Source: an uncultured Pseudomonadales bacterium (lineage in GTDB: Bacteria; Patescibacteriota; Microgenomatia; UBA1400; RBG-16-45-19). From it: a DNA stretch of 64,000 bases. Every line of letters starts with the position of its first letter. The first letter of the stretch is position 1. Location of the stretch: assembly GCA_964441155.1 (NCBI GenBank), contig CAYYKL010000005.1, forward strand, positions 4,434-68,433, given 5' to 3'. Of the stretch, positions 35,475 through 46,215 are shown in pieces. The position numbers and the translations under genes were made by a program. The notes beneath the pieces were generated by a model. The model made no database searches. It worked only from the letters and a program-made list of their open reading frames with translations, and was not told the origin of the DNA.

Positions 35475-37162
35475 TAGTTGGCTACTCTCCGATACTCTTC
35501 TGGTTGCGCGAACCACCAGTCTAAAAGCCGCTTGGCCACAGGTGCCGCTACTTGCGAACCTTGCCCGGCTCGCTCGGCCAAAACCGTGACCACAATTTCT
35601 GGATCTTTTGCAGGGGCGTAAACCGTAAACCAAGCATGTGGCAGGGCTTCTTCCCCACCCTGCTGTGCCGTGCCTGTTTTGCAGGCCACTTCGTATTCAC
35701 TGGCGAAAAATGGCGCACCCGTTCCGCCAGGCTTGCAGGCTGCCACCAACCCCTCTTGCACCACTTGGAGAGTTTGCTCACTTAAATTCAATTGCGTACA
35801 ACCTGCAACTTCTTGCTGATTGTGCACTAATTTCGGTAGACACAGCGTGCCATCGTTCGCAATGGCACTCATCATCATGGCAATGTGTGTCGGCGAAACA
35901 AGCACATCTCCTTGACCAATTGACATGTGAAAGGTGTTGCCCAAATACCAGCGCTCGCCCTTGGTTTTCTCTTTCCACTTAGGCGTCGGGATAGTGCCGG
36001 CTGCACCAATAAGCCCAGAAATATTTGGTGCTTTTCCCAAACCAAACATCGTGGACCACTCTGCCATAAGGTTGGGACCAATTTGTTCTCCAACACGATA
36101 GAAATAGATATCATTCGAGCGTTGCAATGCTTTGACCACATTAACCGCTCCTTCAGTTCTGCCATGCTCTGAGTAGAGCCAATTACCAAACGAAAACTCG
36201 CCCACTCTAATTTCGCCTGAATCCTGAAACAGGGTATCGGCAGTGATTTTGCCTGATTCCAATGCTGCAACAGAAGTTACTACTTTATAGACACTCCCGG
36301 GGGGATACACCCCTGCAAGAGCGCGATTGAAAAAAGGCAGGTTTGGTTCTTGCAAGCCCAGTGCAATATTATTGGGATCAAATGCGGGTGCGGACATCAT
36401 CGTCAGGACATTGCCTGATTTTGGTTCAAGCGCCACGACTGCCCCTGAATAACTCGCCATGAGCTCATGGGCTAGTTCTTGCAGTGACACATCAATAGTC
36501 GTTGCGATATCAATACCAGGAATGCTCTGATTTTCTCCAAGCACTCGCTCCACTTGCCCACGAGCATCAACTTCTACCAACTGATTACCTGGCTCACCTC
36601 TCACTTGCTCTTCAAGTACTTTTTCCAAACCCGACTTACCCACACTATCGCCGGCAATATATTTTGAATCCAATTCAAGCAGTGATTGCGGATCCACTTG
36701 AGCGACATAGCCGAGCAGCAGGGCACATGCTCGGGAACATAAATAATCACGGGTAATGTCGTAGTAAATGCGCTGCGAATCACCGGTTAAGACCAATGCT
36801 TCTTCTTTGGTAATCGATTCAAACATTCCCTGAGCCAGAGTTGTTCCGGGAACCTGCCGTTTAAACGCCGGCAGATTGCGCACTAAGGGTTTCTGATGCC
36901 GATCATAGAAAACTCCCCGCTGGGCTGCAGTGCGCACCGAGATAATTCGATTATTGTCAGCGCGAGTCCTAAAATAAGCTCCCTCAACGACGGTCAGTTG
37001 AGCTAATCGGCTCACACACACCACTCCCATAACAATGAGAGCGATAGTAAATGGCCACAAGCGAATTCTTGATTGCTGACTTTTCAATACATTTTGTTGC
37101 CAATTCGTTACTCGAACTGCACTTTGCTGCTGTCGAACTCGAGTTAAGGTGAATCGACTCAT
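35474..37162 (-). CDS. mrdA: penicillin-binding protein 2 (class B transpeptidase)
   Basis: N-terminal TM segment, PGSVYKVV (SxxK), SND and KTGTAQ motifs. It lies downstream of mreD. Confidence 0.85.
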   Translation of the reverse strand: MSRFTLTRVRQQQSAVRVTNWQQNVLKSQQSRIRLWPFTIALIVMGVVCVSRLAQLTVVEGAYFRTRADNNRIISVRTAAQRGVFYDRHQKPLVRNLPAFKRQVPGTTLAQGMFESITKEEALVLTGDSQRIYYDITRDYLCSRACALLLGYVAQVDPQSLLELDSKYIAGDSVGKSGLEKVLEEQVRGEPGNQLVEVDARGQVERVLGENQSIPGIDIATTIDVSLQELAHELMASYSGAVVALEPKSGNVLTMMSAPAFDPNNIALGLQEPNLPFFNRALAGVYPPGSVYKVVTSVAALESGKITADTLFQDSGEIRVGEFSFGNWLYSEHGRTEGAVNVVKALQRSNDIYFYRVGEQIGPNLMAEWSTMFGLGKAPNISGLIGAAGTIPTPKWKEKTKGERWYLGNTFHMSIGQGDVLVSPTHIAMMMSAIANDGTLCLPKLVHNQQEVAGCTQLNLSEQTLQVVQEGLVAACKPGGTGAPFFASEYEVACKTGTAQQGGEEALPHAWFTVYAPAKDPEIVVTVLAERAGQGSQVAAPVAKRLLDWWFAQPEEYRRVAN

Positions 37163-37566
37163 TGCAAATACACCTCAGAAGAATTTTTAGTGCGATTGAC
37201 TAGACGCCACAACAAACTGGCAACGAGCATTTGCACGATAGCTAATACCCAAGGTAGTTTTTGATGTAAGAAAAAGCTGTAGCCAAATTGATAGATGGCA
37301 AGTAGCGCAAGCCATAACCAAAATGCGCTATTGCCCAATTTATTCCTGGCAAACAAAGTTGTCCCGCTTAAGACCACCAAGCCTAAACTCATCCAACCAA
37401 AATCTTCAACCCAAATGACATCGTGTACGATCCCCAATAGTATGGATGAAACAAATAGCTCTTTGGGTTTCAGCTTCCATGCTAGTAAACCGGTAACCAC
37501 AATAAACCACGAAAAAGGCGTCAACCGATCGGTTACAAGCAACAAAACAAACCAATAGTGTGCCAT
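37159..37566 (-). CDS. mreD: rod shape-determining protein MreD
   Basis: 135 aa polytopic membrane protein between mreC and mrdA. Assignment rests on position and hydrophobicity. Confidence 0.6.
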   Translation of the reverse strand: MAHYWFVLLLVTDRLTPFSWFIVVTGLLAWKLKPKELFVSSILLGIVHDVIWVEDFGWMSLGLVVLSGTTLFARNKLGNSAFWLWLALLAIYQFGYSFFLHQKLPWVLAIVQMLVASLLWRLVNRTKNSSEVYLQ

Positions 37567-37574
37567 ACGTATAT

Positions 37575-38351
37575 CTATTCCACTTTTACAATCATACCGG
37601 TTTTAGGCCTTGCTAATAATTCAAGTCTCGCTTTTTTTATTGCCTGGGCTTCGGTGCCAATGATTTCACTCACGACACCTATGGGCACATTGGCTGGGAC
37701 ATTGTCTTCGCCTCCACTACTCACCACCACATCGCCAATGGCAATTTGATCTCCTTGTGCAATATTAGCGAGATGCGTCGCAACTCCATCACCAACGACA
37801 ATGCCGTGGGCTAAATCTTGGCTGGTCATAGCACTTACCTTGAATGTGGTGCTTTGGGGAGTTTCAACCAAGCTGACTCCCCGTCCGCTTTTACTCACTC
37901 TGCCAATGAGTGCCCCATTTTCTCCCAAAACCCACATGCCGTTATTTACTCCTTGGTTTGATCCGGAGCGAAGCCACACAGCATTTCCGCGAACTGTTAG
38001 TGAAGATAAAATGTTTTGGGAAAGTTGACCAACTTGCGCTTGGGAGCGAAGGAATGTATTTTCCGCTTCAAGTGTTTTTAACTTCTCTTTATCGATTGCT
38101 TGCGTTGCTAGGAGCGTTTCTAATAGCACGATTCGCTGCCTTCCTTGCACCAATTGCTGCCAAATGTGATATGGCTCTTCAACTATCGTCAACACTTGCT
38201 CAATTTTGGTCAACGGAGTCACTACTATTCCCTCAAGCAATCCTCGCAAAGGCTTTAAGCCAATAGAAAAATCTAGTCCAATGAGCACCAGGCAAATTGC
38301 CACACTCAAGGCAAAATGCTTCGCTGCTTGATACCGATTGAGTGACTCCAT
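37575..38351 (-). CDS. mreC: rod shape-determining protein MreC
   Basis: N-terminal anchor and coiled-coil, with a C-terminal beta-rich region GDVVVSSGGEDNVPANVPIGVV. Confidence 0.75.
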   Translation of the reverse strand: MESLNRYQAAKHFALSVAICLVLIGLDFSIGLKPLRGLLEGIVVTPLTKIEQVLTIVEEPYHIWQQLVQGRQRIVLLETLLATQAIDKEKLKTLEAENTFLRSQAQVGQLSQNILSSLTVRGNAVWLRSGSNQGVNNGMWVLGENGALIGRVSKSGRGVSLVETPQSTTFKVSAMTSQDLAHGIVVGDGVATHLANIAQGDQIAIGDVVVSSGGEDNVPANVPIGVVSEIIGTEAQAIKKARLELLARPKTGMIVKVE

Positions 38352-38407
38352 AACAAGCCCACCATAATCGATAAATTGAGGCTTAGCAAGTTTTTATTGG
38401 GGGAACT

Positions 38408-38986
38408 TCAAGGAATAAACAGAGCTGGGGCAAATAAGGCGAGAGCAATCGCAATGCCAAGGAAAACCTGGAACACCGTATGCTGTTTGTCAATGATCCG
38501 GGCTAAACCGACAACGAGTGGGATCCAGGCAAGCGCATAACCCCATGGACCCAAGCGCCAAATGGCAATTAGTACCAGAATCGTGTTCACGCCCGCGTGG
38601 ATACTCACCTTCATGAATCGCGTGAGCAGGGCGTAGGTCAAAAGCACAAGCCAAAGGAGCGTCAATTGATACGCCAAGGGGAATAATTGCCACCAATAGG
38701 AGGCAGCAACGCCAAAAAGATGAATAATGATAATGTCACGAAACAAAGGCAAGCGCAGTTCGCGCCTCGATATATCCGGATCGTTGATTCGCTTAGTAGA
38801 AAGCATCCAAAAATAAATTAATCCCGGCAATCCCAGATAAACCATGATTAATAATCCAAACTGAACTAAGCTCACTTCAGCTTGGAGATATGCAGCACCG
38901 ATGGTGCTCAAAAAAATTATAGGGATGACAATGAGGGGGTCAAAAATGTTGGAAAGAACTTGGGCAACTTTTCGCATACCAATCAT
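38408..38986 (-). CDS. integral membrane protein (possible PAP2-like phosphatase)
   Basis: 192 aa with six hydrophobic helices. KVSIHAG and RIIDKQHT weakly resemble PAP2 motifs. Confidence 0.35.
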   Translation of the reverse strand: MIGMRKVAQVLSNIFDPLIVIPIIFLSTIGAAYLQAEVSLVQFGLLIMVYLGLPGLIYFWMLSTKRINDPDISRRELRLPLFRDIIIIHLFGVAASYWWQLFPLAYQLTLLWLVLLTYALLTRFMKVSIHAGVNTILVLIAIWRLGPWGYALAWIPLVVGLARIIDKQHTVFQVFLGIAIALALFAPALFIP

Positions 38987-39043
38987 CCTATCATTGATAG
39001 GAATCAGTTCAAATGAGTTTGAATCTGTGCAAAGTGTATCTGC

Positions 39044-40114
39044 CTAGCTCAAGCCGCGCACCACTTTCACTCGCTTCAAAAGAACCAAATCTTCCAGCAC
39101 TTTGCCACAGCCACGAACCACACCCGTCATGGGGTCTTCCATGCGCCAAACAGGCATTTTGGTTTCAGCCGCCACCAGTTCCTCTAAGCCTCTAAGCATC
39201 GATGTGCCTCCAGCCAAAACGACACCGTGTTGCAAAATATCGGCCACGAGTTCCGGTGGAGTTTCCTCGAGTGTGTCAAGTATGCCCTGCACAATTTGTT
39301 GGACAACTGGTGCTAATGCCTCACGAATTTCTGTGCTATTAAATTTCATGGACCGAGGTAGTCCAGTACTCAGGTCGCGACCACGAACAACGGTTTGCAA
39401 GATTTCGCCCGCGCTGCCCTTGGAGCTGTCTCCAAATCGTGCGGCACTTCCAATAGACATTTTGACCAACTCTGCAGTTGTCTCGCCAATCAGCAATCCA
39501 TATTTAATACGGGCGAAACGGATGATTGCTTCATCACACTCGTCCCCTGCCACACGTAAACTTCGATTGATTACCAATCCTCCTAAAGATATGACAGCAA
39601 TTTCAGCTGTGCCTCCACCGATATCCACAATCATTCTGCCCTCTGGAGCCACCACGTTAAGACCCGCTCCTATCGCCGCTGCCATTGGCTCTTCAATTAA
39701 ATACGCCTCTCGAGCACCGGCACTCAGAGCTGCTTCCTGAACTGCTCGCCGCTCGACTTCAGTTACACCCGATGGAATGCCAATCACCACACGTGGACGA
39801 GGAATTCGGCGCCAAAATCCTCCATCTTCATGAACACGTTTGATGTAATAGGCAAGCATGGCTTCTGCTGCATCAAAATCCGCAATCACACCGTCTCGCA
39901 ATGGTCGCAGTGCTTCAATATTTGCTGGAGTTTTGCCCACCATTCGCTTTGCCTCTTTGCCGATTGCGAGTACTGCCCCTGTTTGTGTGTGACGAGCGAC
40001 CACTGAGGGCTCTTTAATCACAATGCCTTTGCCCTTCACCAAAACAAGCGTATTGGCTGTACCCAAGTCAATGCCGACATCGTAGCTAAAAAGTCCTAAC
40101 AAGTGATTGATCAT
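39044..40114 (-). CDS. mreB: rod shape-determining protein MreB
   Basis: DVGIDLGTANTLV actin-fold phosphate-1 motif, IGGGTAEIAVISLGG and AGGTSMLRGL. Confidence 0.9.
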   Translation of the reverse strand: MINHLLGLFSYDVGIDLGTANTLVLVKGKGIVIKEPSVVARHTQTGAVLAIGKEAKRMVGKTPANIEALRPLRDGVIADFDAAEAMLAYYIKRVHEDGGFWRRIPRPRVVIGIPSGVTEVERRAVQEAALSAGAREAYLIEEPMAAAIGAGLNVVAPEGRMIVDIGGGTAEIAVISLGGLVINRSLRVAGDECDEAIIRFARIKYGLLIGETTAELVKMSIGSAARFGDSSKGSAGEILQTVVRGRDLSTGLPRSMKFNSTEIREALAPVVQQIVQGILDTLEETPPELVADILQHGVVLAGGTSMLRGLEELVAAETKMPVWRMEDPMTGVVRGCGKVLEDLVLLKRVKVVRGLS

Positions 40115-40268
40115 TGCAATTCCATACTATTTCCGTAGTAATGCGTAAAAAACTCAGGCCTATTATCGCATGCATTGTCACTTGCTTGCCTTGCAATTCA
40201 TGGCAAGATCAGACTGAGGCAAAACCGCGTCATACACATTTGGGTCACCATTGATTACAATATGATCT

Positions 40269-42521
40269 ATGATTGACCGCTTCAGCCGAACGTTTATTGT
40301 CTTTGCCTTTCATTTTTTGCTCCTTGTTACCCCGTTTGTTTGGAGTAGCACTAATTTCGAATTGTTTGAATATCCCAAAATGATGCTCACCTACTTAGTG
40401 ACACTTTTAATCGTGTTTGCCTGGGGATTGCGCATGATTATTGGCAAGAAACTCATTCTTAAGAAAAGTTTTTGGGATGTGCCAATTCTGCTCTTTTTCA
40501 CGTCCCAATTAATTTCGACCATCACCTCAATCGACATGCATACGAGTATTTGGGGTTATTATTCTCGCTTTCATGGCGGTCTGGCTTCAACAATTACCTA
40601 CATCACCCTTTATTATGCAGCTGTTAGTAATATCAAAAAACGGGAAGTCATCCCGCTGCTTATCACCACTAGTGTAGCCATGGTCTCGACCAGTTTATAC
40701 AGCTTTGGCGAACATTTTGGCTACTCACCCTCCTGCTTTAGAATTCGAGGTGAACTTGGAGTCTCGTGTTGGATTCAAGATGTGCAAAGCAGGGTCTACG
40801 GCACCTTTGGCCAGCCAAATTGGCAAGCCGCTTATATTGTGACCACACTCTTTCTCCCTCTCGCCTTTACCTTTGATAGATCGCTTAGCAAAAAAGCAGC
40901 AGCGCTAAAATCAAACAACAATCACAACTCCTCTGGAATAAAAGCGTTGGTGCAAAAAAATACCAAGCTTTTAGCTCTTGTTGCCTACTCGCTGGGATTT
41001 TGTGTGCTCATATTCACCAAATCTCGCTCAGGCCTGGCTGGAATGGCGCTAGGGTATGGCATTTTCTGGCTCTTACAAAGCGCGCTTGGTTTTGGCTTGC
41101 GACACAAACAGCCTGACTTATTCAAACAAACGATTCGTTCCTTTCTGCTCGTGACGATTGTATCGCTCATAATTGGAGCTTCTTTTGGTAAGGGTGTCTG
41201 GCAACCGTTAGATAAAATCTTTTTTAATCGATTCGATCAAAGTGCCGCTCCTGCGCCCGACCAACAACCACTTACACCCACAACCGTTGCCGCTCCAGCC
41301 GGAGGCACAGAATCCGGAGAAATTCGAAAAATTGTCTGGCAAGGAGCGCTGGATTTGTGGCGTGCCTACCCATGGTTTGGCTCTGGTGTAGAAACATTCG
41401 CTTATTCCTATTATCAGGTTAGGCCAGTTGCTCACAACATGGTGTCTGAGTGGGATTTCTTATACAACAAAGCGCATAATGAGTTTTTAAACTTTTTAGC
41501 TACCACCGGTTTGGTTGGCTTAATAGCCTATCTAGTGCTTTTAGCCGGGATAGTGTGGGGCGCAGCAGTACTCGCACTTAATCGAGTTCAATCAATTAAA
41601 GCCTCAAAATCTCCGACTTCAAATGATCAAAGTTTGGCAACCGAACATCTTACACAAATTCGCATTTCTAGCGCCTTGGTCAGTGGCCTCACTGCACTGA
41701 GTGTTTCAAATTTCTTTGGCTTTTCCACGGTTAATGTGGCCACACTTTTGTTTCTGTTCCCCGCTTTTGTGGCCCTCCTCATGCAAACTGAGACAATTGA
41801 AAAAACTGAACAGAAACGCGAGCAGTTTAATTTCTCTCAAGGTTTAGGCATTCTCATGCTTTCCTTAGCATTGCTCTTTGCAAGCTACACACTGGGGAAG
41901 ATGTATAGAGCTGACCAACTTTTTTCTAGCGGTTCAGCATTGCTTGATACTGATAAGTTGTCTCCTGGGTTGCAGGATTTAGCAAAAGCCAGTATCGCCG
42001 TTCCCAATGAACCAAAATACGCCGAAGAATTGTCTTTGGCAACCGCACAGGTGGCAGCTAGTTTGCACTCGATGAACCAAGCAACGGCCGCGGCCAAACT
42101 CGCTGTTCAAGCCGAAGCTATTTCTGATCAAACACTTGAGCTTAATCCCTATCACCTCAATCACTATAAAACGCGGGCTCGAGTCTTTGTCTTGCTGGCA
42201 GAGATTGAGCAAGCATTTATTGAGAAAGCAGTGGCCACCCTTGAAGCTGCCACCACCCTGGCACCCACAGATGCCAAAATTTGGTACAATCTTGGCTTGC
42301 TCTATGACCAAACTGAACAAATTGATAAAGCCAGAACTTCGTACGAGCACACAATTGCGCTTAAAAGCAATTATGAACAAGCCCTAATCTCTTTGGCACA
42401 ATTACTCGAAAAACAACAAGATGCTTCGGCTGCCGCCAAAATCTATGAAACTATTTTATCCACCATCAATGCGCAAAACCCCGAGGCAATTGATCGTTTA
42501 GGAAAATTGCAGCAAAAATAA
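40269..42521 (+). CDS. O-antigen ligase/polymerase-like (Wzy_C) polytopic membrane protein with C-terminal TPR repeats
   Basis: About 12 TM helices including the WFGSGVETF loop region typical of O-antigen ligase family proteins. The C-terminal 150 aa are TPR-like (IWYNLGLLYDQTEQIDKA..). Confidence 0.6.
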   Translation: MIDRFSRTFIVFAFHFLLLVTPFVWSSTNFELFEYPKMMLTYLVTLLIVFAWGLRMIIGKKLILKKSFWDVPILLFFTSQLISTITSIDMHTSIWGYYSRFHGGLASTITYITLYYAAVSNIKKREVIPLLITTSVAMVSTSLYSFGEHFGYSPSCFRIRGELGVSCWIQDVQSRVYGTFGQPNWQAAYIVTTLFLPLAFTFDRSLSKKAAALKSNNNHNSSGIKALVQKNTKLLALVAYSLGFCVLIFTKSRSGLAGMALGYGIFWLLQSALGFGLRHKQPDLFKQTIRSFLLVTIVSLIIGASFGKGVWQPLDKIFFNRFDQSAAPAPDQQPLTPTTVAAPAGGTESGEIRKIVWQGALDLWRAYPWFGSGVETFAYSYYQVRPVAHNMVSEWDFLYNKAHNEFLNFLATTGLVGLIAYLVLLAGIVWGAAVLALNRVQSIKASKSPTSNDQSLATEHLTQIRISSALVSGLTALSVSNFFGFSTVNVATLLFLFPAFVALLMQTETIEKTEQKREQFNFSQGLGILMLSLALLFASYTLGKMYRADQLFSSGSALLDTDKLSPGLQDLAKASIAVPNEPKYAEELSLATAQVAASLHSMNQATAAAKLAVQAEAISDQTLELNPYHLNHYKTRARVFVLLAEIEQAFIEKAVATLEAATTLAPTDAKIWYNLGLLYDQTEQIDKARTSYEHTIALKSNYEQALISLAQLLEKQQDASAAAKIYETILSTINAQNPEAIDRLGKLQQK

Positions 42522-42524
42522 TCT

Positions 42525-43148
42525 ATGCAACCACTTCCCCTTGTCCTCGTTCCCGATAATCGCTTACGACTTAAATCGAAGCCTGTTGAGCGCATTGACG
42601 CGAAACTGCTTACCTTTCTCAACGCATTGGCTCAATCACTCCTCACCAAAACTGATCCCCCCGGAGTAGGATTATCGGCAATTCAAGTGGGTGAACCGCT
42701 CAGGCTTTTCGCCACCTATATGCCACGAGATGTAAGTTTGCCATTAAAAGCCTGGAAACCGGAAAATCAAGAAATTGTGTTTATGATCAACCCCGAGATC
42801 AAAGCAGTCACCCCTGGTGGAAAAACGTTGGGCGGAACGAGCGAAAAACCGTATTACGAAGGCTGCTTGTCAATTCCAAAGCTCTATGGCCCGGTATATC
42901 GCTACTATGGCTTGAGTCTTGAATATTTAAGCTTTGATTTTAAGCTCGGATCAACTGAAATCCCTACTCTGTCCAAGCACACAACCAAATTTGTTGACTT
43001 CCCGGCCCGCGTAATCCAGCACGAATTAGATCATCTGGATGGAATTCTTTTCACCGATCACACGCTCAAAGACGATTTGCCGCTTTTCTATGACACTCCT
43101 GAGGGCTTAGAACCCATCGACAATCCAAAATTAGAGATTACCTGGTAG
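42525..43148 (+). CDS. def: peptide deformylase
   Basis: GVGLSAIQVG, EGCLSIP and QHELDHLDG. Confidence 0.85.
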   Translation: MQPLPLVLVPDNRLRLKSKPVERIDAKLLTFLNALAQSLLTKTDPPGVGLSAIQVGEPLRLFATYMPRDVSLPLKAWKPENQEIVFMINPEIKAVTPGGKTLGGTSEKPYYEGCLSIPKLYGPVYRYYGLSLEYLSFDFKLGSTEIPTLSKHTTKFVDFPARVIQHELDHLDGILFTDHTLKDDLPLFYDTPEGLEPIDNPKLEITW

Positions 43149-43151
43149 TCT

Positions 43152-44096
43152 ATGAAGCCATCAATTGTTTTCTTCGGTTCGTTTCAACACTACTCGACTT
43201 ATATCGCCCAAGCTTTGCTTGAAAGCAAATATTTAAACCTAACCGCAATCGTCACGACACCGCCACTTCCAAATGACACCAATGGTGTTCATGCACTCGC
43301 AATTACTAATTCAATTCCAGTGCTCACTCCGGACTCGCTTGAGTCACTTGATCCTTATGAGCAATTCAGCAAATTGCCTGAAATTGATCTATTTGTAACC
43401 GCGGGCTTCGGCAAGCTCTTGCCTGTGAATTGGTTAAACTTCCCCAAGTTTGGCGCGCTCAACCTTCATTTTTCGATCCTCCCCAAATATCGTGGTGCCA
43501 ACCCCGCAGAATATGCCATTTTGAGAGGCGAAACTGAATCAGGCATAACCCTTATCGAAATGGGAACCGAGTTTGACACCGGCAGCATTCTCTCTCAAGC
43601 AACGATCGACATTGAAGCTCAAGAAACTCGAGAAACGCTCTATGAAAAACTGTATCGGCTTGGCTCCGATTGCATAGAAACAATGATTTCCGAATACCTA
43701 GAACGCAGAACTTCGGACTTCGCACCGGGTATTCCTCAGCCCCAATCCTCCCCCACCCCCGAAGCCAAACGTTTGCATAGGAGAGATGGATTTGTGTCCT
43801 GGGAAACACTGGTCAAACTTATGCGTGGAGAAGCTATTGAGCCAACGGAGTTGCCAACTGCCTGTCAGAAAGCTAAGGTTGAGTACAAAAGACCAGAAAC
43901 GATAGAGCGAGCAAGTCGAGCGCTTTATGGCTTCCCTAGCCTTTGGACTCGAATACCCACAAACAAAGGTAAAAAAATGATGAAGCTTTTCTCAACCAAA
44001 GCAAATGCCAATCGGTTAGAATTGGTTGATGTTCAAGTTGAGGGACAGCAAATTGCTCGCTTTAATCAAATAAAGAACGTGATTGTTTCAGACTAA
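43152..44096 (+). CDS. fmt: methionyl-tRNA formyltransferase
   Basis: ALNLHFSILPKYRGANPAEYAILRGETESGITLIEM. Confidence 0.85.
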   Translation: MKPSIVFFGSFQHYSTYIAQALLESKYLNLTAIVTTPPLPNDTNGVHALAITNSIPVLTPDSLESLDPYEQFSKLPEIDLFVTAGFGKLLPVNWLNFPKFGALNLHFSILPKYRGANPAEYAILRGETESGITLIEMGTEFDTGSILSQATIDIEAQETRETLYEKLYRLGSDCIETMISEYLERRTSDFAPGIPQPQSSPTPEAKRLHRRDGFVSWETLVKLMRGEAIEPTELPTACQKAKVEYKRPETIERASRALYGFPSLWTRIPTNKGKKMMKLFSTKANANRLELVDVQVEGQQIARFNQIKNVIVSD

Positions 44097-44105
44097 CGAC
44101 TATCT

Positions 44106-44681
44106 ATGCATATTGCACTTTTTGGTGGCGCATTCGACCCGCCACACAACGGACACAAGCTTGTTGCCAACACTTTAATTGAAAAAAAAGTAGTCGATGA
44201 AGTGTGGTTTGTGCCCGTGTTCGAGCATCCTTGGGCCAAACAATTGGGCAAATCATTTATGTCCGATTATACTCATCGCCTGCACATGATCAAATTGCTT
44301 TGCACAACCGACGCGCTCAAAACTCAAGAGTTTCGCGGTGTAAGTTATACCTTCGACACGCTTGAATTTTTCTCAAAAAAATTCCCTCAACATCATTTTT
44401 CTTGGGTCATGGGTTCAGAGTACTTGCCCAAGTTCGATGCCTTTTTGAGCATGCACCCTGGTCTGGCCAACTACCAAATCTATATTTATCCCCGAGCTGG
44501 ACATCCGATGACAGGTTTGCGAGAAAACATGGTTGGTTTGCATGATGTGGGTGAGATTGACGTTTCCTCAACACGAGTTAGAAACCAGGTATTTGCTCAT
44601 CAATCAATTAGCGATCTCGTGCCAAGTGTTATCGAGGCATATGTGGTCAAGCACAACTTATTTGAGGCAAAGGCATATTGA
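44106..44681 (+). CDS. nadD: nicotinate-nucleotide adenylyltransferase
   Basis: IALFGGAFDPPHNGH (H/T-x-G-H nucleotidyltransferase motif); 191 aa. Confidence 0.8.
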   Translation: MHIALFGGAFDPPHNGHKLVANTLIEKKVVDEVWFVPVFEHPWAKQLGKSFMSDYTHRLHMIKLLCTTDALKTQEFRGVSYTFDTLEFFSKKFPQHHFSWVMGSEYLPKFDAFLSMHPGLANYQIYIYPRAGHPMTGLRENMVGLHDVGEIDVSSTRVRNQVFAHQSISDLVPSVIEAYVVKHNLFEAKAY

Positions 44682-45181
44682 GGGCTTACAATAGAGCTAT
44701 GCAACAAATCGAAAACGCAACTCAAGGGGTGCTCCTCTATCCTCGCTCGATTGAAACCTTAGCTAGTGCTCTTCGCACACTTAAAAAAAAGCATTCCCTT
44801 TCTCACCTGACACTATTGGTTGTGGCGCAGCGCCAAGACTCAATCGACTATAGCGCATTGCAATCAATTCTTGATCTGGAATTTCCCCAAGAAAAAAATG
44901 AAATCGTGACTATTCCACTCAAGGGTATCATGCAAAAATCATGGAGCACGCTTAAGCGGCACATTGCTTTTGAGCCAATGCCCGTCACTAATGACGAGAA
45001 TCGAAAAAATAAAATGAGAGTAATTACTCTGCACCAGAGTAGCTTGATTCAACACCTAGCGACCAAACTAGAGAGGTCGTTGCTAGAAATCTATTGCTTG
45101 CACATGGGAAAAGTAGGCTTCGTAGCCAAGGTTAGCCAATCAGCCGCGGCAAAAACCGAGCTTGAAATAATTGAGCTATAA
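44678..45181 (+). CDS. hypothetical protein (167 aa) translationally coupled to nadD, in the position where rsfS commonly lies
   Basis: 4-nt overlap with nadD. No confident similarity to RsfS in sequence. Confidence 0.4.
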   Translation: MRAYNRAMQQIENATQGVLLYPRSIETLASALRTLKKKHSLSHLTLLVVAQRQDSIDYSALQSILDLEFPQEKNEIVTIPLKGIMQKSWSTLKRHIAFEPMPVTNDENRKNKMRVITLHQSSLIQHLATKLERSLLEIYCLHMGKVGFVAKVSQSAAAKTELEIIEL

Positions 45182-45204
45182 CTAATAAACCTGAAAAGTA
45201 GAGG

Positions 45205-45423
45205 TTATTCAGCTTGTTTGGGCTGCCAGTGAGTGGTCATGCCATCACGTCTAAGCTGGCGAATGAGCTTGACAGGAAGCAAGCATTTTTTCTTGACCCC
45301 ATCGATAAGCAAGGTCACCGCGTGCAGATTTCTGCGAAAGGGACGTTTGGTTCGGTTTTTGGCGTGAGACACATTATTTCCAATGTGAGCCACTTTTTCA
45401 AATTTGATGTGATAAGAAGCCAT
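45205..45423 (-). CDS. rpmB: 50S ribosomal protein L28
   Basis: VAHIGNNVSHAKNRTKRPFRRNLH...VKKKCLLPVKLIRQL. Confidence 0.8.
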   Translation of the reverse strand: MASYHIKFEKVAHIGNNVSHAKNRTKRPFRRNLHAVTLLIDGVKKKCLLPVKLIRQLRRDGMTTHWQPKQAE

Positions 45424-45497
45424 AGTGTTACAATCCTACAAGTATCGTTATAATCAGTGCGAAGCGCTTATTCTAGCAAATCATGAGGATTTTGTGA

Positions 45498-46130
45498 ATG
45501 ATTGAACTTGTTTTGTGGCTTATCGCCATTGCCATTGCCATCACGATTCATGAGTTTGCTCATGCACTCGCAGCTGATCGTCTTGGTGATCCAACTGCAC
45601 GATTGTCAGATCGCCTTTCTCTTAATCCACTCAAACACTATGACAATGTCGGCACCACTCTGCTTATTTTAAGCGCCGTTTTTAGCTCGTTTGGTGGCGG
45701 GGGTTTCATTTTTGGCTGGGCTAAGCCTGTACCCTACGACCCGTATAATCTCGAAAACCCGAAGCGTGGCGCACTCATTATTGCTCTTGCTGGACCACTC
45801 TCCAATTTTATCTTGGCCATTGGCTTAAGCTTGCTGCTTAAATTAGGCTTAAATGAAATTCCTCTGCTCACTGATCTCATGGTGAGTTTATTGATGGTGA
45901 ATGTCAGTTTGGGTATTTTTAATTTACTTCCCATTCAACCATTGGATGGCAGTAAAATTCTCTATGGCTTATTACCCCAAGATTGGGCCGATGAATACGA
46001 GGATTTTATGCGCATGTACGGCACAGGCATCCTAATGATTTCAATCTTACCCCTATTCAATGGTCGCTCCCTGGTTTCCACCATCGTGAGCCCGGCAATT
46101 ATCTTTGTTCTCAAGTTACTTTTAGGATAA
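45498..46130 (+). CDS. M50-family (site-2 protease/SpoIVFB-like) membrane zinc metalloprotease
   Basis: ITIHEFAHALAA (HExxH inside a TM helix) and a downstream LNLLPIQPLDGS motif; 210 aa. Confidence 0.7.
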   Translation: MIELVLWLIAIAIAITIHEFAHALAADRLGDPTARLSDRLSLNPLKHYDNVGTTLLILSAVFSSFGGGGFIFGWAKPVPYDPYNLENPKRGALIIALAGPLSNFILAIGLSLLLKLGLNEIPLLTDLMVSLLMVNVSLGIFNLLPIQPLDGSKILYGLLPQDWADEYEDFMRMYGTGILMISILPLFNGRSLVSTIVSPAIIFVLKLLLG

Positions 46131-46172
46131 GGGAATCACTACTATTTCCTGCATAAATCGTTTGCAAGGTAC

Positions 46173-46215
46173 TGTTCGAGCGTGAAGCGCGAGAACTAGG
46201 TTATACAAACTTCAA
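46173..46215. repeat. dispersed intergenic repeat, partial copy C (CTGTTCGAG..GCGCGAGAACTAGG..ACTTCA)
   Basis: The 5' half of the repeat is present; the 3' half has diverged. A further fragment, CTTCGAGtgaaaCGAGAAG, lies at about 46520-46540. Confidence 0.45.

Noticed and set aside
35472-35476. TAATG and ATGA stop/start overlaps (mrdA-dprA, mreD-mrdA, DHH-membrane gene, nadD-downstream ORF)
   Set aside because: These are translational coupling typical of compact genomes, not frameshifts or programmed recoding.
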